A stretch of DNA of 64,000 bases from Atractiella rhizophila (taxonomy: Eukaryota), in NCBI GenBank assembly GCA_021432655.1, contig MU271195.1, forward strand, positions 1-64,000, written 5' to 3'. The notes beneath the pieces were generated by a model. That model had not been told where the DNA came from. It did no database searches and was given only the letters and a program-made list of their open reading frames with translations. A program made the translations under genes and the position numbers. Shown here piece by piece: positions 1-13,185 of this stretch. Numbering within the stretch: position 1 is the first letter of the stretch; each line of letters starts with the position of its first letter.

Positions 1-2641
1 ATGTCACATTCCTTTACCAACATCCCAAGCTCGTCTGTTGACCCTTCGTTGTTGTTTTGAGGCGCTTCTGGGGTCCTAAATCTGTCGACAGGTCATCCTC
101 TACTCATAGAATAAATTCTTGAAGGCCTGGTGACAGGGGGAGGTGTCGAAGCTGCTGGAGGAGGTCGATCTGGTGTTGTTGGACGGATCTGGAGGGGATC
201 TGGAGACTCTGAGAATCTAGGCATGTGAACTCCTGTCCAAGGATCTCTCTGCATGGTGTACTGACGAGGTGGTGTCCTAGGGCGTTCAGGCGGAAGCTGT
301 AGTGGGTCTGGAGACGGCTCTCTTTCTTCATCTTCTTCTTCCTCAACCTGAAGGGGCTGAAATCTGTTTGGAGACTGTATTCCAAGCGGTCTGGGTTGTT
401 CCTGAGGTGTAGGAGGTGCTCCTGGCTGTTGAATCCGTCTATCTTCATCTTCATCATCGTCTAGCGAAATGCTGGCTGGAGGAGTGGCTGGAGGAGTGGC
501 TGGAGCATTATTCTGTCCATCTCCCACGTGATCCTGACGCTCCTTCCACTCACCAAGTGGTCCTTGTGGCTCTTCCAACGTAATCTTCTCCTTCCTGACC
601 TTGCAGAGCATCTCTCTCTCATCAAATCTGGCAACATCTCGAACATAGACCTTCTTCCCAACAGGATCCCAGAACTCCCACCCTTTCGCTGCAAGAGAAT
701 AGCCTATAAATGCGCATTTTCGTGTATGAGATCCTAAGCTGTGTGGCCTTTCATCCTTCTGAACTTGAACGTAGGCAGTGCATCCAATGATTCTGAATCT
801 TGAGATGGTTGCAGTAAGTCCAGATTTTTCAAACATGGCGACCATGGTCTCCTGAATCGTCCTATTGGCTCCTTCTGCCCTGCCATTCTGGGGAGGAGAG
901 TTCCTGATTGTCTGTTCGCGCTGGATGCCGCAGGCCTTGAGATATTGATCAAGTTCCTTGGAGGAATAGGCGCCTTCCTTGTATTCTCTAAACTTCTTCA
1001 TCTTCTTCCCAGTGACATTCTCTACCCAATTCTTGAAGGTCTTGAAGAGTTCTGGGGCCTCTGATTTCTTCTTAAGGAAGGCAATTGTACAATGATTCGT
1101 TGCTTCGTCGATGAAGGTGACCCAATATCGATATCCTTCCCTGGAAGTGACTGGAACAGGTCCATGCAGGTCTGAACTGATCCTACCCAATACTTCCTTC
1201 TCCCTGGTCTCTGCTGTCTTGTTGAAGACCCTATGCTGCTTCCCAGCTAGACATGGCTCGCAAATAGGGTCTGGATCATCCTCCAGGTCCAAAATCATCC
1301 CATTCACAAGTTCCTTCCTCTTCAGATGCTTGATGTCCTCATAATTCAGGTGTCCAAGTCTCCTATGCCATAGAGAAGCATCCATGGGCAGTGTAGAAGC
1401 ATACCCAGCGAATTCTGGAGCAGGAAGGGTATTCCCATCAAGTATCCGGGCCATGCTTCCATTCTTGTAGTCCACAGTGGCAGTAAGGCAGAGTTTTTGA
1501 CGCTGGAAGAAGAGAACCTTGTTGTGCTGGATGGAGACCCTCATTCCCTTGTAGATGGTGAGCTTGAAGACTGATAGGAGGTTGTTGTAGAGCTTGGGAC
1601 ATGTAGGACATCTGAGATGGTGATGGTGATGGTCTTCTTCCCCCCCAACTTGGCTTCAAAGATCAAGCTCCCAATCCCAGCACTCCAAATCACTTCTCCA
1701 CTTGCTACCCTAATAGGAATAACTTTCTTCTGATAGGTTCTGAACCAATGGCGATGGGGAGACATGTGGGAAGTTGCACCAGTGTCTGCTATCCACTCAA
1801 GGCTTGCTTGAGGCATAGTGACATCATTTGCTGCAGCAAGACTATTCAGCCCAGCAAATTCTAACCCATTAAGAGCCATTTCCATCCCAAACATCCTCCT
1901 AGACCCTTTGGTTGAGTCATAAGATCCCCTGATGTGATGCAGAAAGGATGATAGGGGCTGATGTGATGATGATGTGATGGTGGCAAATTTTGAAATTTTG
2001 ACTCTTCTGATCAAGGCGATCCGTTGTAGGGTAGTAGAATAGCCTATTGTGAATCCAATGGCGATAAAATCGTTCAGATCAGACCAGATTTGACTTCAAA
2101 AAGTCGAAAAATGCATTTTGGGGGGTATGAAGGAGGTGATGGAGTGGCTATCTCGAAAATTTCGCTTATTGTGACCAAAGTGGTTCCTAGTAAAGTTATA
2201 GCGCAATGCTTCACGATCAAAATAAGCACTATAACGTCCAAATTCGTCAAAGGTTGAGTCCAGGGTGGGAAAGTGTGTTTTGGGGCGGGTGATGGGTGGT
2301 AAGGTGATAGATTTCGATTTTTCTTGATTCCTGAGTAGGCAGAAACCTTCTAAGGTGGTAAAGGAATGTTTGAGGATCACAAATCTGTTCTGATCATCAA
2401 AATTGAGCGAAATTTGAGTGTGGGAGGGTGAAAATTGTGGTCTGGAGGATGGGGAAGGTGATAGGTGTGACCAAATGTAATCCTAGGCACCAGCTCTCGC
2501 TACCATGTAAGGATCTAAGGCTAGGAGCAGTTGGTGGTCAATAATGAGACATTAGAGAAGTATAGAGAGACATACCTGACAAATGTGCGAGTGCTGCGAA
2601 GTGCGAGATAACAAATAAGTGTGTGTTGCATTTAGTATGTA
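1..2641 (-). mobile_element. Degenerate Ty1/copia LTR retrotransposon, 5' half (runs off the left edge of the window; 5' LTR truncated by the gap)
   Basis: Minus-strand order is protease (WIADTGATSHM, ORF 1541-2014), GAG-pre-integrase (LWHRRLGH...CEPC), then integrase core (SDLHGP, FIDEAT, PPQNGRAE; ORF 93-1544), which is copia order. There is a frameshift between the two ORFs, only ~700 nt between the PBS and the protease (gag largely missing), and an apparent deletion in the integrase. Confidence 0.92.
2493..2505 (-). promoter_or_regulatory. Primer-binding site (initiator tRNA-Met type) next to the 5' LTR end
   Basis: Minus strand reads ...CCTTACA|TGGTAGCGAGAGC: an LTR-terminal CA followed by TGGTAGCG, as in the Ty1 tRNAiMet PBS. 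The LTR occupies 2506 up to the gap. Confidence 0.75.
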
Positions 2642-3150
2642 NNNNNNNNNNNNNNNNNNNNNNNNNNNNNNNNNNNNNNNNNNNNNNNNNNNNNNNNNNN
2701 NNNNNNNNNNNNNNNNNNNNNNNNNNNNNNNNNNNNNNNNNNNNNNNNNNNNNNNNNNNNNNNNNNNNNNNNNNNNNNNNNNNNNNNNNNNNNNNNNNNN
2801 NNNNNNNNNNNNNNNNNNNNNNNNNNNNNNNNNNNNNNNNNNNNNNNNNNNNNNNNNNNNNNNNNNNNNNNNNNNNNNNNNNNNNNNNNNNNNNNNNNNN
2901 NNNNNNNNNNNNNNNNNNNNNNNNNNNNNNNNNNNNNNNNNNNNNNNNNNNNNNNNNNNNNNNNNNNNNNNNNNNNNNNNNNNNNNNNNNNNNNNNNNNN
3001 NNNNNNNNNNNNNNNNNNNNNNNNNNNNNNNNNNNNNNNNNNNNNNNNNNNNNNNNNNNNNNNNNNNNNNNNNNNNNNNNNNNNNNNNNNNNNNNNNNNN
3101 NNNNNNNNNNNNNNNNNNNNNNNNNNNNNNNNNNNNNNNNNNNNNNNNNN
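2642..3150. other. Assembly gap (509 N)
   Basis: Run of N. Confidence 1.
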
Positions 3151-4389
3151 TCCCCCAAACTTTATCCCTGCAAGCCACAACTATATGCACAACAATTTCT
3201 TCCTCCATATCCTACCAACAATGGGACCTGGTGGGAGAATTTGTAGCAAGAAGCTCTGCAGTCATGTCTGGATGGAGCGATGTCTATCAGCATACCTGGA
3301 TCTCCTCTATGCTTCCTAGTCTGGATGCTTGATATCTGGCGGCGATGGCAGTACTCAGCCGGTTATTTCCAAGTTTGCGATAAGTTCAGGAATATCGCGC
3401 AATGGAGGGATACACAACTAGATCAGCGGGCAGAGGGAAGTGCTTGACAAGATACTTCTATCACCAGCTTGAAATGAGACTGGTTGGCCTTCAAGATAAG
3501 TGATCATCCATTTGATGCCTTTCAACTTTGTAGGACTCTAGCATAAGAGTGGTATTCAGATGCCAATCTTGACTTTCTGCTTGAAGCCTTCTCCAGGGCA
3601 TTTCTTCATACCAATCCTGCTATGGCTGCCTTTTCTATTGCTTCTTGTTCTCTTTGGACCCATATCTTTGACTCTTATCGTTTTGGCCGGGGATTTTATC
3701 AGTCACTTTCAGACCATTATGGCAATCTATTGACAAGCGTGTACATTGTTATCATTCCCAGTTAATCAACAATTGTAATCTGCATTGGATCCATTGCAGT
3801 ATCAATTCACCACACTATTTTTTATAGAAATTCACATGGGTATTAATCCTTCAGATAGATACGTTAAAGATTCTGTTCAAGCTATAACAGTTCAGTTTCT
3901 ACCTTTTTACCTTTATAGCTAATTTTAATGCTCTGGTTATTTCTCGCCAATCTCTTCAAAAATACTTATTCTTGTGGACCATTTGTCATGAATTCAATTT
4001 TACCTTTTCTCCCCCCAACAACTTTCCAATAATTCAAGAGCAAGAACGGAACATGTGGCGTTTGCAACTTACTCGTATGCTGTTGCACTTCACTGGACCT
4101 GTAAGTGATTCCTGCAGTTGTTTGCAAAATAATTTTGATGGAGTAGAGATCAAATGAAGAAAATTATCCAGATTGAAAGAAGTAAGTGGGCTACTCAACT
4201 GTCATGCCTATGGCATCACACAAGGTCCCCCGCACTTCATGTTCCACCCGGATTACATTGAAGTGACTCCTCCCATGAATGTTGACCACCAGTCTTTTCA
4301 CTTTGCCTTCTGCCTAGTCCTCCGCACGATTCTTTCAGTATGTTACTTGCGGCTTGCCTTCAAGGCTAGGTTGACGATTCAGCCATTTT

Positions 4390-6175
4390 CGATGATGTAG
4401 ATGAAGAGGGGACAGTTTTATCAGATGAAAACCAACACATCTTGCTACTGGCATCAACTCCAGAAGGTCATATCACTCCACCTTTATGAAATGCTTACAA
4501 CTTGCTCCAGCTTTCTTCTTCTGTTCAATTGGCATTGCTAAAAAAGAACAAGGCTCTGACAGTAGAAAAGGTGATATCAACTCCCCCAAAATCAGTCCGG
4601 AACTCCATCTCAGCAGAAAACAACATGTTGTCAGTGAAGGAGTGCTCTGACTTTCGAGGTTTTCAAGAAAGGATATGGAATCTTGATCCTGAGGCAACGT
4701 CTACGAATGAAGGCGGAGGAATATGCTGCAGTCAGTGCAATCATGTTGTTATCGTCCAAAAGATTGGGGCCACAGCACAATTCTGACAGCATCGTACAAA
4801 GAAGCTTTGTACTGAAGGTCCAAAGTCCCTCGAGAGATGAGATGGTGCTTAGGATAATACTCGAATACATTCCTTCTTTTCTCAGCTTCACTCCATGGCT
4901 GATAAGTCCACAAATGTAGTTTCAAAAAGCAGAATGTTCTGACCCCTGTCCTGGTCTGGCATCAAAGGACATCCCACAATTGACAACTTACCTGAACGGA
5001 ACAAGTGTTGTGGGTGGCGGTAATCCATCGATCACAAAGCTTTCTCAAGCCTTGTTTAGAAAAAAGTACAGCGATCTCACGAACTTGCAATAAAACCGAA
5101 TCAAAGTTCGCGCAACACAACTGTTCCCATGGCACAACTTCCATGATCTACAAATTGTCTATGCAGCTGCCTGTAGCAAAGTAATGACGAGATTCTTGTC
5201 CAAGGGAGAACCTTTACCACGGGTAGCCTGCTTCAAGATCCAATGGGATCCAATCTTCCTCCATCAAGTATCAGTCAAGCTTCCCAAGTGTGAAAAGCGC
5301 AAGTTTACGCAGAAAGTCTACTGTAGCAACAAGCTGAACAAGATCTATTGCTACCATGCCGATCTTGAGGAGATGCTTTCTATCCATCTTGTTTTTATGT
5401 TAAAAGCAAAGCTGATGAAAATTCAGGATCCCACTGATCCCTTCCTTACAATGGCTCGTCGTGCATCAAAAGGCCACTTCCAAGATAGAAAGCTGTTCAT
5501 TGGTTTAATCAAAGTGATGCTCCTTAAAGAAGACCAAGAACATAGCGGGAGACAGCTCAAAGGAGCCATGAAATACAGCGCAGAGTTCGATCAGTTCTGT
5601 CATCTTCTAGTCGTCAGCTCCGCCCCATGCATATTGGATCATCAGACAGAGTTTCGCTGGACGTCACGAAAGAAGCTTTAGGTATATTTAAGCTTCAAGT
5701 CTATCAAATATTAAGCAAGGGTTAGAGCTATACGTGCAAAAGACGAACGTTTCCAGCTAGGAATCATGGAGCAGAACTTCAAGATGGTGAGACAACATTT
5801 GAAGAAGCTGGACTACAACAGTCCCCTGGGAGTCTCTGTGGATGACACCGAGTGCTATCCTGACATATGACCATGGAGTGATGTTGTGGGAAAGAAGGGG
5901 GTCAGGTATTTCGTTGGAGGAGTTGGAGAGCCAAAGGAATTTATGGCGGCGACCCTTGAGCAGGTGCTCAAAGAGGCCCATGATGGAGGGTTGGCAACCA
6001 AGGTCTTTACTGGATCCCTCTCCAAGTAGTTCTGATGGTTCACTACTATAGACTCATCTCTACCCGCTTAATATACCCCTTCCGGATATCCCACCCATCT
6101 TTCTTGCGTTTCTGCCAATCTCATCGAAAACCACTTCCACCGCTCTTACAAGTCTTCAAACCAAACTTTTTGAAT
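4390..6175 (+). pseudogene. Decayed multi-exon gene of a basidiomycete transposon-like family, 3' truncated
   Basis: Pieces translate as CCSQC, DPCPGL, KYSAEFDQFCHLL, YNSPLGVSVDDTE, FVGGVGEP and IPLPDIPPIFLA, with frameshifts and an in-frame TGA near 5848. Coding character stops abruptly at ~6175. Confidence 0.5.
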
Positions 6176-7532
6176 TCATTGCCAAGTATTGTTTTCATGT
6201 AATCTCATACTGCTCGGATGGAACAGAATATGAGTGTCAAGCGCAGCACAGATTCCATTCTTTGTACCTATAACGCGACTAAGTGCGAGCTGGCAAGGCT
6301 CGTTTAGCGGCAGTGAGTTCGAAATAACGGGTTCTAAAACATGGTTTGCATAGTATAAGAAAAGGAACATAGAAGCATGAGTAACAATGAAGTATGCGTA
6401 CCTAAAACACCCAAAGAGTCCGCGAGGGCTAACAGAGAGCGGACAAGGCTGTTGGCACAGCCCTACGAAAGAGAACGGACATGAATAAGCGAGAAGAGGG
6501 TGAAAAGGAAATAACACACCCTCTTTGAGTGTTCTAGAACGATAGAATACCTCGAACTCGGAAAGGGAGATGAAATGTGACCTTAAAGAAGTGCCCGATG
6601 AGCAAAGCACAATAAAGGTAGAAATTAACGAGTACTCACCTCACACACAGCACTGGCTATACCTCAATACAGGCAAGCTCAGAGAAGATGGTGGTTGTGT
6701 GTGAGGGAGAGAAACGAGGTCACGGAAGCAAGACTGCGACGAAAGAAATGACTCCTAAATACAACGACAATGACCATTTATGCTGTTCGTATTACAGTAC
6801 CCACCTGCTCGATTCAGCATCTCGGCACCGTTCATTCCAGGGCCACAGAAAGAACTCACATTCGAGGCTACACGTCATGATGCTGAAGTTGAACTTGCTA
6901 TTCTCGAACTTGCAGTCGCGATCAGCTTCAACATTCACCTACATCGGGTTATATAGGTGTATCCACTTCTCAACCCCTCTAGCGACCGTATAAATGACTA
7001 TAATAACTTTAGCTATCTGACATGTCCTGTTCACCAAGTCCATCGCTCATTTCCAGCACTTCACCACATCATTCTTGTCAAGCGACTAGTGAAGGGAACA
7101 CAGGATATGCGCCCATCACTTCTCACCCACGCTCACCTCATTACTTCAACCTCGCACATGCGATTGATCCCCTCCCTGTCATAGGAGAGACCAACCTCAA
7201 CCCTACGTCATACCAGTTTCTTTCTCAACTGGGTGTCGTTAATGGATTTGGAGCAGAATCGCCGGACGGGTCAGGAGGAACAGCTCCCTGAAGGGTGCGC
7301 ATGAGTTGGATCACACTTCTCATCATACATCTCATCTCGAGTGAGGGGACATTGCCATAGTGTTGCGTCGGGTAACGGTAACGGTATGGATGCGGTAGAT
7401 GGTCAAAATAGCGGTTAGCTCAGAAAAGTGCTTGACGTGAGGCTTTCATAATGCTACGGCGCCGTCTGATTCCTTTACTTCCCAGCAGCAGAATGGTTTG
7501 GGTTCTGGAGCGGATTTTGCAGGTGTGAGCTC

Positions 7533-8412
7533 TTGATCTCTGCAACACGGGGTCTCACTGACGGTGATTTACAGATCCTCGAGCGTACAGGTGTCCGCAT
7601 AACGCAAATACCAGACTTTGAGGGACAACTGGTCAGTATCGCGGACTATTTCGGCTGGAATTTACGGAGAACGCAGACGGAGTTTCTAGCGTTGAGGCGA
7701 GATGCTGAAGACTGCGACTTGTTGCCCACTCATCACTCGGATTCCATTCCCTTCTCGCCTCTAGCAGATGGCGATATCCAAGTAACTGAAATTGAAGGAT
7801 CCGGTTTTTCTGCCTCCGGGACCCCTCCGCTTGAAAGAATGGTGTTGGGATTTGAATCTGCCAGCGCCGAAGTGGAACAAAATTGTACGCACGTTCCCCC
7901 TCCACCCAAGACGTCTTGAAGACTTCACCGTAGCATCCTCACACGCCTCTCCCACCGGTTCACTCACTCCCACGGAGCCTCTAACGCCTGATGGTTTCCT
8001 CCATCCGCCCCTAATCACAGGGAACAAGCCAATCCCTTACATCGTCCAACTCCCCGATGGAGGTTGCGAATACAAGTTCCCAGTAAACGCGGATTTCAAC
8101 TATCGCTCTCCATCTCCCACCCCTCCTTCGACGCCGAAACCTACCCATGGACCGATGCCTCCTCTTCGGAAAGAGCGGAGAGTGAAGATCAGGAGACCGA
8201 ACCTTGTGAAGCCCAAGGACGTGGAGGTGGTGTACTCGAAGGAGAATATGACGGCCGTTACCGTGCGGGACCTTTTGTTCTCGGAGGAGGAAGAAAAGCG
8301 GAACAACCCTGTCGCCTGGAGAGTGACGCTGTGTGGAGGGATAAACGAACGACAGTGGATCGAGGAGAACGACTTAGCCCAACTCAACTCAGTCGGCGCC
8401 AATCCAACCTGA
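7533..8412 (+). other. Overlapping intronless ORFs of unknown function, probably a mobile-element remnant
   Basis: 128-aa and 206-aa overlapping ORFs; the second is Pro-rich and ends in a weakly chromodomain-like segment. Confidence 0.25.
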
Positions 8413-8950
8413 AGTTTGTCCAATCTCGCGCGTGATGGAATTGAAGCATGAGAAGGGTAGTGATTATGGCGTTCGTGAGTCCATCGCTCGGTAAACACTT
8501 CTCAAATACTGGAGGTTTAAATCGACAAACTACATGCACATTGTTCCCGGTTCCATTTCCTGTGATTCTGTGTATTCGCTGGTCTGAGAGGGTGAATGTA
8601 AGAATGAGCTATGGACTTCACGTTTATCCAATCTCTTGTTCCAGTCGCTTAGAAAATGGTTTACTGCGCCTTTCCGGTCCCGCTTCTTCCAATTGGGGGT
8701 GCTAAGGTGCCTCCTGCTGTTGCAACCGTAGGATTCACTCGATCAAAGTGGAATCAAGCTGCTTCGTCGCGTCAGCTGAAACAAAGCTCAGCTCAGGTGG
8801 TCTAGGCGATAGCGGCCTACCAAAGGGCTTGATGGAAGAGTAGGGCACCCCTCTGGCAGAATGAATGAACGCGAACATCGAGTGTAAGGACGCCTCCGTG
8901 GAGATATTTAGCTTCGCACTGATCCAATGTGCTCACAACCTACTCTTGAG

Positions 8951-11900
8951 TAGGCTTGTCACACGGTTTTGGAAACCTTCAAAACCGCCAACCCACCTGA
9001 CACGTACACCGTACGGGTTGTCTGTGGGTGCAGGGGAAAATCCGTGAGGTATGAGGGAAGGGTGACGGGTTAGGATCTCTTCTCACCAAATTCCGCGGGA
9101 ACCTGCGGGTTCTCTGATTTGGTCGTCGCTTGAGTTTGGAGTTTCGGATTGCATGAGCATGTCTTAGCCGCTTGCAGGCTGACAAGCCCTAGCCTCAAGA
9201 GATGCATAAGTTGACGTCTGGTGTTGAGATAAGTGAGCTAGAAATGGTTCTTAGACAATGATAATTTCCAAGTTTTGCGCATATCAGAAGAATGTTCATC
9301 GTTTCTGGTCAAACACTTTGAGAGGCCTCACGCTTCTTTTGAGCTTGGACACCCTTGTCCATATATTACAATAACCACAACACTGTCCACTCTCTCTTCT
9401 TTTAAAGTTGCTCAGTAAAACTTCAGTTTGCAGGATGTCCAAGCGGCAAAGAAAGGACTCAAACAGTAGCCAATCTTCAGAAGAAAGTCAAAGAAGACCC
9501 TATTCTCAAGCAATTGAGATAGATGACGATGAGAGCGATGCAGTTCAGCTGACTGCTCGAAAGTGCCGCCCTGATCTGCCCAAATCCGCTAACATCAAAG
9601 TTGACAAGACATTCAAGGCTTGGGAAGATAAAGACATCATTGGTATGTACTTGTTTGAAGTACGATTGTGCGGACCATAAACTGATTAGATTTCTCTCAG
9701 ACTTTGATATACAACGATGGGGTCAGTCCAAAGTTCAGAAGAATGGAGATAAACCTAGTGTATACCTTCATTACCATGAGCGACCTATTCTGCGACGAGG
9801 GGAGTACACTCGAGACACAAAAGCTGGTCGCAAACCGGGAGAATTCCGAATTTTCTACACCTTTGTCTGCAAAACCGATCCGAAACATACCTTTGAGCGC
9901 CCTCGAGATGATGGTGGAACAAACGGACTCAGAAAGAGTGCAGACAATTGTGACATGGTCTGTTTCTGCTTCTTACAACATCATCGATTGGACTTGATAT
10001 GTATTCAAGGCGAGAGAGGCAGCTGAAACTGCTGTTCCTAGGAAGCAACGTCAAACTACTCTTGGGACGAACGAGGAACATCAACTTTGGGTCAACTCTC
10101 TGGATGAATCTGATCGCCAAATCCTACGACGAGTTCTCGCCGCACTGTGGTGCTCAACTTCTGCTCGGGCATTCAACATCGTTCAGGATAAGTACCTTTG
10201 TGAGCTGTTACGAGTGGGGAATGGCGGCAAGGAGCATATTGCAAACTTGGAACGACGGGATGTATCGAATGATCTGCAGGTACTGAATGAGGTAGTGCGG
10301 GAACGTGTCAAGGAGAGGATTAAGGTAATTAGTTACTTCTTAGATGGGAACGTACTGATTGAGCATGGGACAGAACATCAAAGGCCAAATGTCTATCACG
10401 TTAGATGGCTGGACATCTCCTCATACATTCAGCTATATTCTGGTCTATCTACACTACCATGAGAAAGGCCAGATGAGGAAGATTGCACTTGGATTCCTGA
10501 GGTATTGTGGTATTTCTCTATGATATGCTATTTAACCATGTTCTTTTTCTAGGATTTCAGGATCACACACCGGTGAAAATATTGCTGAAGCTGTTTATAA
10601 CCTATTGGATATATACAGCGTTTGCGAGAAGGTTAGTCTGCTTCTGTACTTTCCATCATCTCGAGATGTCCGGCATTGAAAGGGCGATTACAGATACTAG
10701 GTCCCTGTTGTGATAGTGCTAGCAATAACGATACATTCACAGCAGCATTGGCTAACAAAGAGAAGTTCCCCAAAATGAAGCGTTGGGATCCTCAACTCCG
10801 AGCAAGATGCTTTTGCCACATTATCAACCTGGTCGCCAAGGTACATCTTCCTTCTCTGCTCCCTTACAGTGTCTAAATTGACTGGCTTTCCAGGGTTTCC
10901 TCAGTCGCTTTAAGAAACCAGTTGCAAAAAAGGGGACAATAAACGGCATTGGAAATGTTGTCACTGCGGATGAAGCAGCACTCGAAGAGCTGGAACAAGA
11001 AATCAGGGAATCAGGATTTCGGGATGCTGCTGAAGTTGAAGGTGTGTCAATGGCTGGTTAATCACTCTCTACTTTTACTTAGCAATGGCAATAGCAACAA
11101 CGGAGGAAGCCCAAATAGAGGATCAAGAACTTTTCCAAGTGGCTGAAGCCGCCAGATATTCAACAACTTGTATGCCATCAGAGGAGCAGGAAGCTCGTTT
11201 CATGCTAACCAAGGTAGTTATTTTAGCTTTTTCACTATATAATCCTTACCTTACAATCGCAATGAGCAGTTATCAAATCTCGCAAAACGAACCAACATGA
11301 ACGAAGCACTTCGGACCAAACTGGAGGAAGAAGTGGCGAATGTGAAGAAGGAAGACCCTGACGGCCCTCTCAAACATCTCGTCCCTCCTATACACCTTGT
11401 TACAGCCTGTCCAACACGCTGGAATGGAGAAGGTGACATGATTGCACGGGCCTTGACACTCAAGGAACCACTCCGCAACCTGTTTGGAAAGCCTAGGCTC
11501 AACTTGGAGCGATGTGCCTTGACACGAACAGAGTGGATGATCATGCATGAGGCAAGTCCTACGCTTCAGGTATGTTCATCTCTTTTCTATTACAAGCTGC
11601 TGAAGGGAGCTCCGCCAGCTCTTTCAAGAAACCACGAAACAGATGTCTCAAACGAATGCGAGCAATCTATCCACAGTCATTCCTGTCTTCAACAATATCG
11701 GGCTAACTCTCTCCCGCCTATACGAAGCATACACCCACGAAGGCAATCATCACATACCAACGGTGCATGCTGCAATACAAGCTGGGGCAGCAATCGCTCA
11801 TGGGATCTTGGATAAGTACTTTCTCAAGGTTGCCGACAAAGCAAAAAGTTACATCTGGGCGCTCTGTACGCTTCGTTTCTTTTATTCTTTGGCTTATACA

Positions 11901-12938
11901 GTAATCCTTGTTCACATCTCTTCTTAGTATTGCACCCAAACCGACGTGCTGCCTATTTGCGTGTCCTCGATTGGGACGAAGAATGGATCAACGATGGCAT
12001 TGAGAGCATGCGGGACTATTACAAGAAGTGGTATCGAGCTGAGCTTAGGGAGCAAGTAACGGTGTGCCCTTTCTCATCCCTACATTCGTCTGATTCATAG
12101 GTGTGCAAGGGTCACAACGTCCCTCCACCGCCGAAGAAGTTGAAGACTGTGTATGCGCTTGACTCTATGGTCCAGCATTTCGATGCAGAGGATGCGACAG
12201 ACTATGTCATGGAGTTTGTAAAGGCTGCCCCCATTCCTATTAAGAGTTACCGTGATGGATCCACCAATGAGCTGGATGCCTTGAAGTTTCACTATCACGC
12301 ATGGAAGCACGCAAAAAGCGGCAATGAAGACGCTAAAGCAAAGTTCCATGAAATGGCTATGGATCTTTTGGCAATCCCTGGTGAGTTGTATTATCCTCTT
12401 CCACCCTACATGAACCGTTTGCCGAAGCATATTTCACAGCAACATCAGTAGATGTAGAACGGGCATTCTCTAGCGGTCGCTTGACGGTCTCGTGGATGCG
12501 TCACAAGCTGTCGGACTCAAGCTTTCGTGCCTCAATGATGATGAAGCTGTGGGAACAGGACGAGTTGATGCCTTCGGTAAAGGTGTTGTTGAGAGCATTG
12601 AAAAAGAATGATAGGAGCCAGAAGGATGCGGCTGCTGCTAGGAAGAAACACAAGGTGCAAGAGGCAGTAGGGGCAGTAATCGAGACCATTGAGTAAAGAC
12701 ACATGCATTGTTCTTATTGCATACATTTTACAACACCAATTCTCCCCATTATACCCTTCACCTACCCGCGACCTGTCGACCCTTTCGTAACTGTCACCCA
12801 CCCATAAACCACCTACCCACACCGCGGGTTGAAGGTGAAAACCGTGTGGGTGAAGGGGCGGGCGACGGGATGGTACTCAAGGCAGAAAACCGGGTGGTTT
12901 TTGCCACGGGATGGTGGGTAACCCGTATGACAAGCCTA
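8951..12938 (+). mobile_element. hAT-superfamily DNA transposon, apparently complete
   Basis: TIRs TAGGCTTGTCACACGG (8951) and CCGTATGACAAGCCTA (ending 12938), ACCCG/CGGGT-type subterminal motifs, and a transposase inside. The 8-bp flanks match only 5/8 (CTCTTGAG vs CTCTTCTC). Confidence 0.9.
9435..12696 (+). CDS. hAT transposase, multi-exon
   Basis: Spliced reading gives ITLDGWTS (D1), CDSASNND (D2), RCFCHIINLVAK (CxxH), PTRWN, LHPK and AMDLLAIP-ATSVDVERAFS (E, hAT dimerisation domain). Introns are GT-AG and I saw no disabling stop in the exons I traced. Confidence 0.9.
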
Positions 12939-12959
12939 CTCTTCTCCTACAAAACCCCT

Positions 12960-13185
12960 TTTCCAAGATTGCCTTTGGCAAACTGGTCGCCGCGAGGGTT
13001 TTGCGAAGGGCGGCCGAAGGCCGTATGCTCAAAAAGGTTTTGCGCATCAGTTTTGCGAAAATTTGTGCTGAAAACTGGTGGACTAGTTTTGGACCACTTC
13101 TTAACCCCGACATCGCCGACCCCTGCGGCGACGGGTCTGCTCAAAACTGGTGGACCAGCTTTGGACTAGTTTTAACCCCGACGGT
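12960..13185 (+). repeat. Interspersed palindrome-rich repeat, copy 1 (possible Helitron-like end)
   Basis: Homologous to the reverse complement of ~49945-50112. Contains an internal ~40-bp direct repeat (13071 and 13143) and a GACCC...GGGTC hairpin. Confidence 0.65.

Noticed and set aside
2538..3332. Long ORFs spanning the N run
   Set aside because: Artefacts of the assembly gap.
3151..3400. Possible polypurine tract and retroelement 3' end next to the gap
   Set aside because: Only a short GGGGGA on the minus strand, with no recognisable RNase H or integrase; the gap hides the junction.
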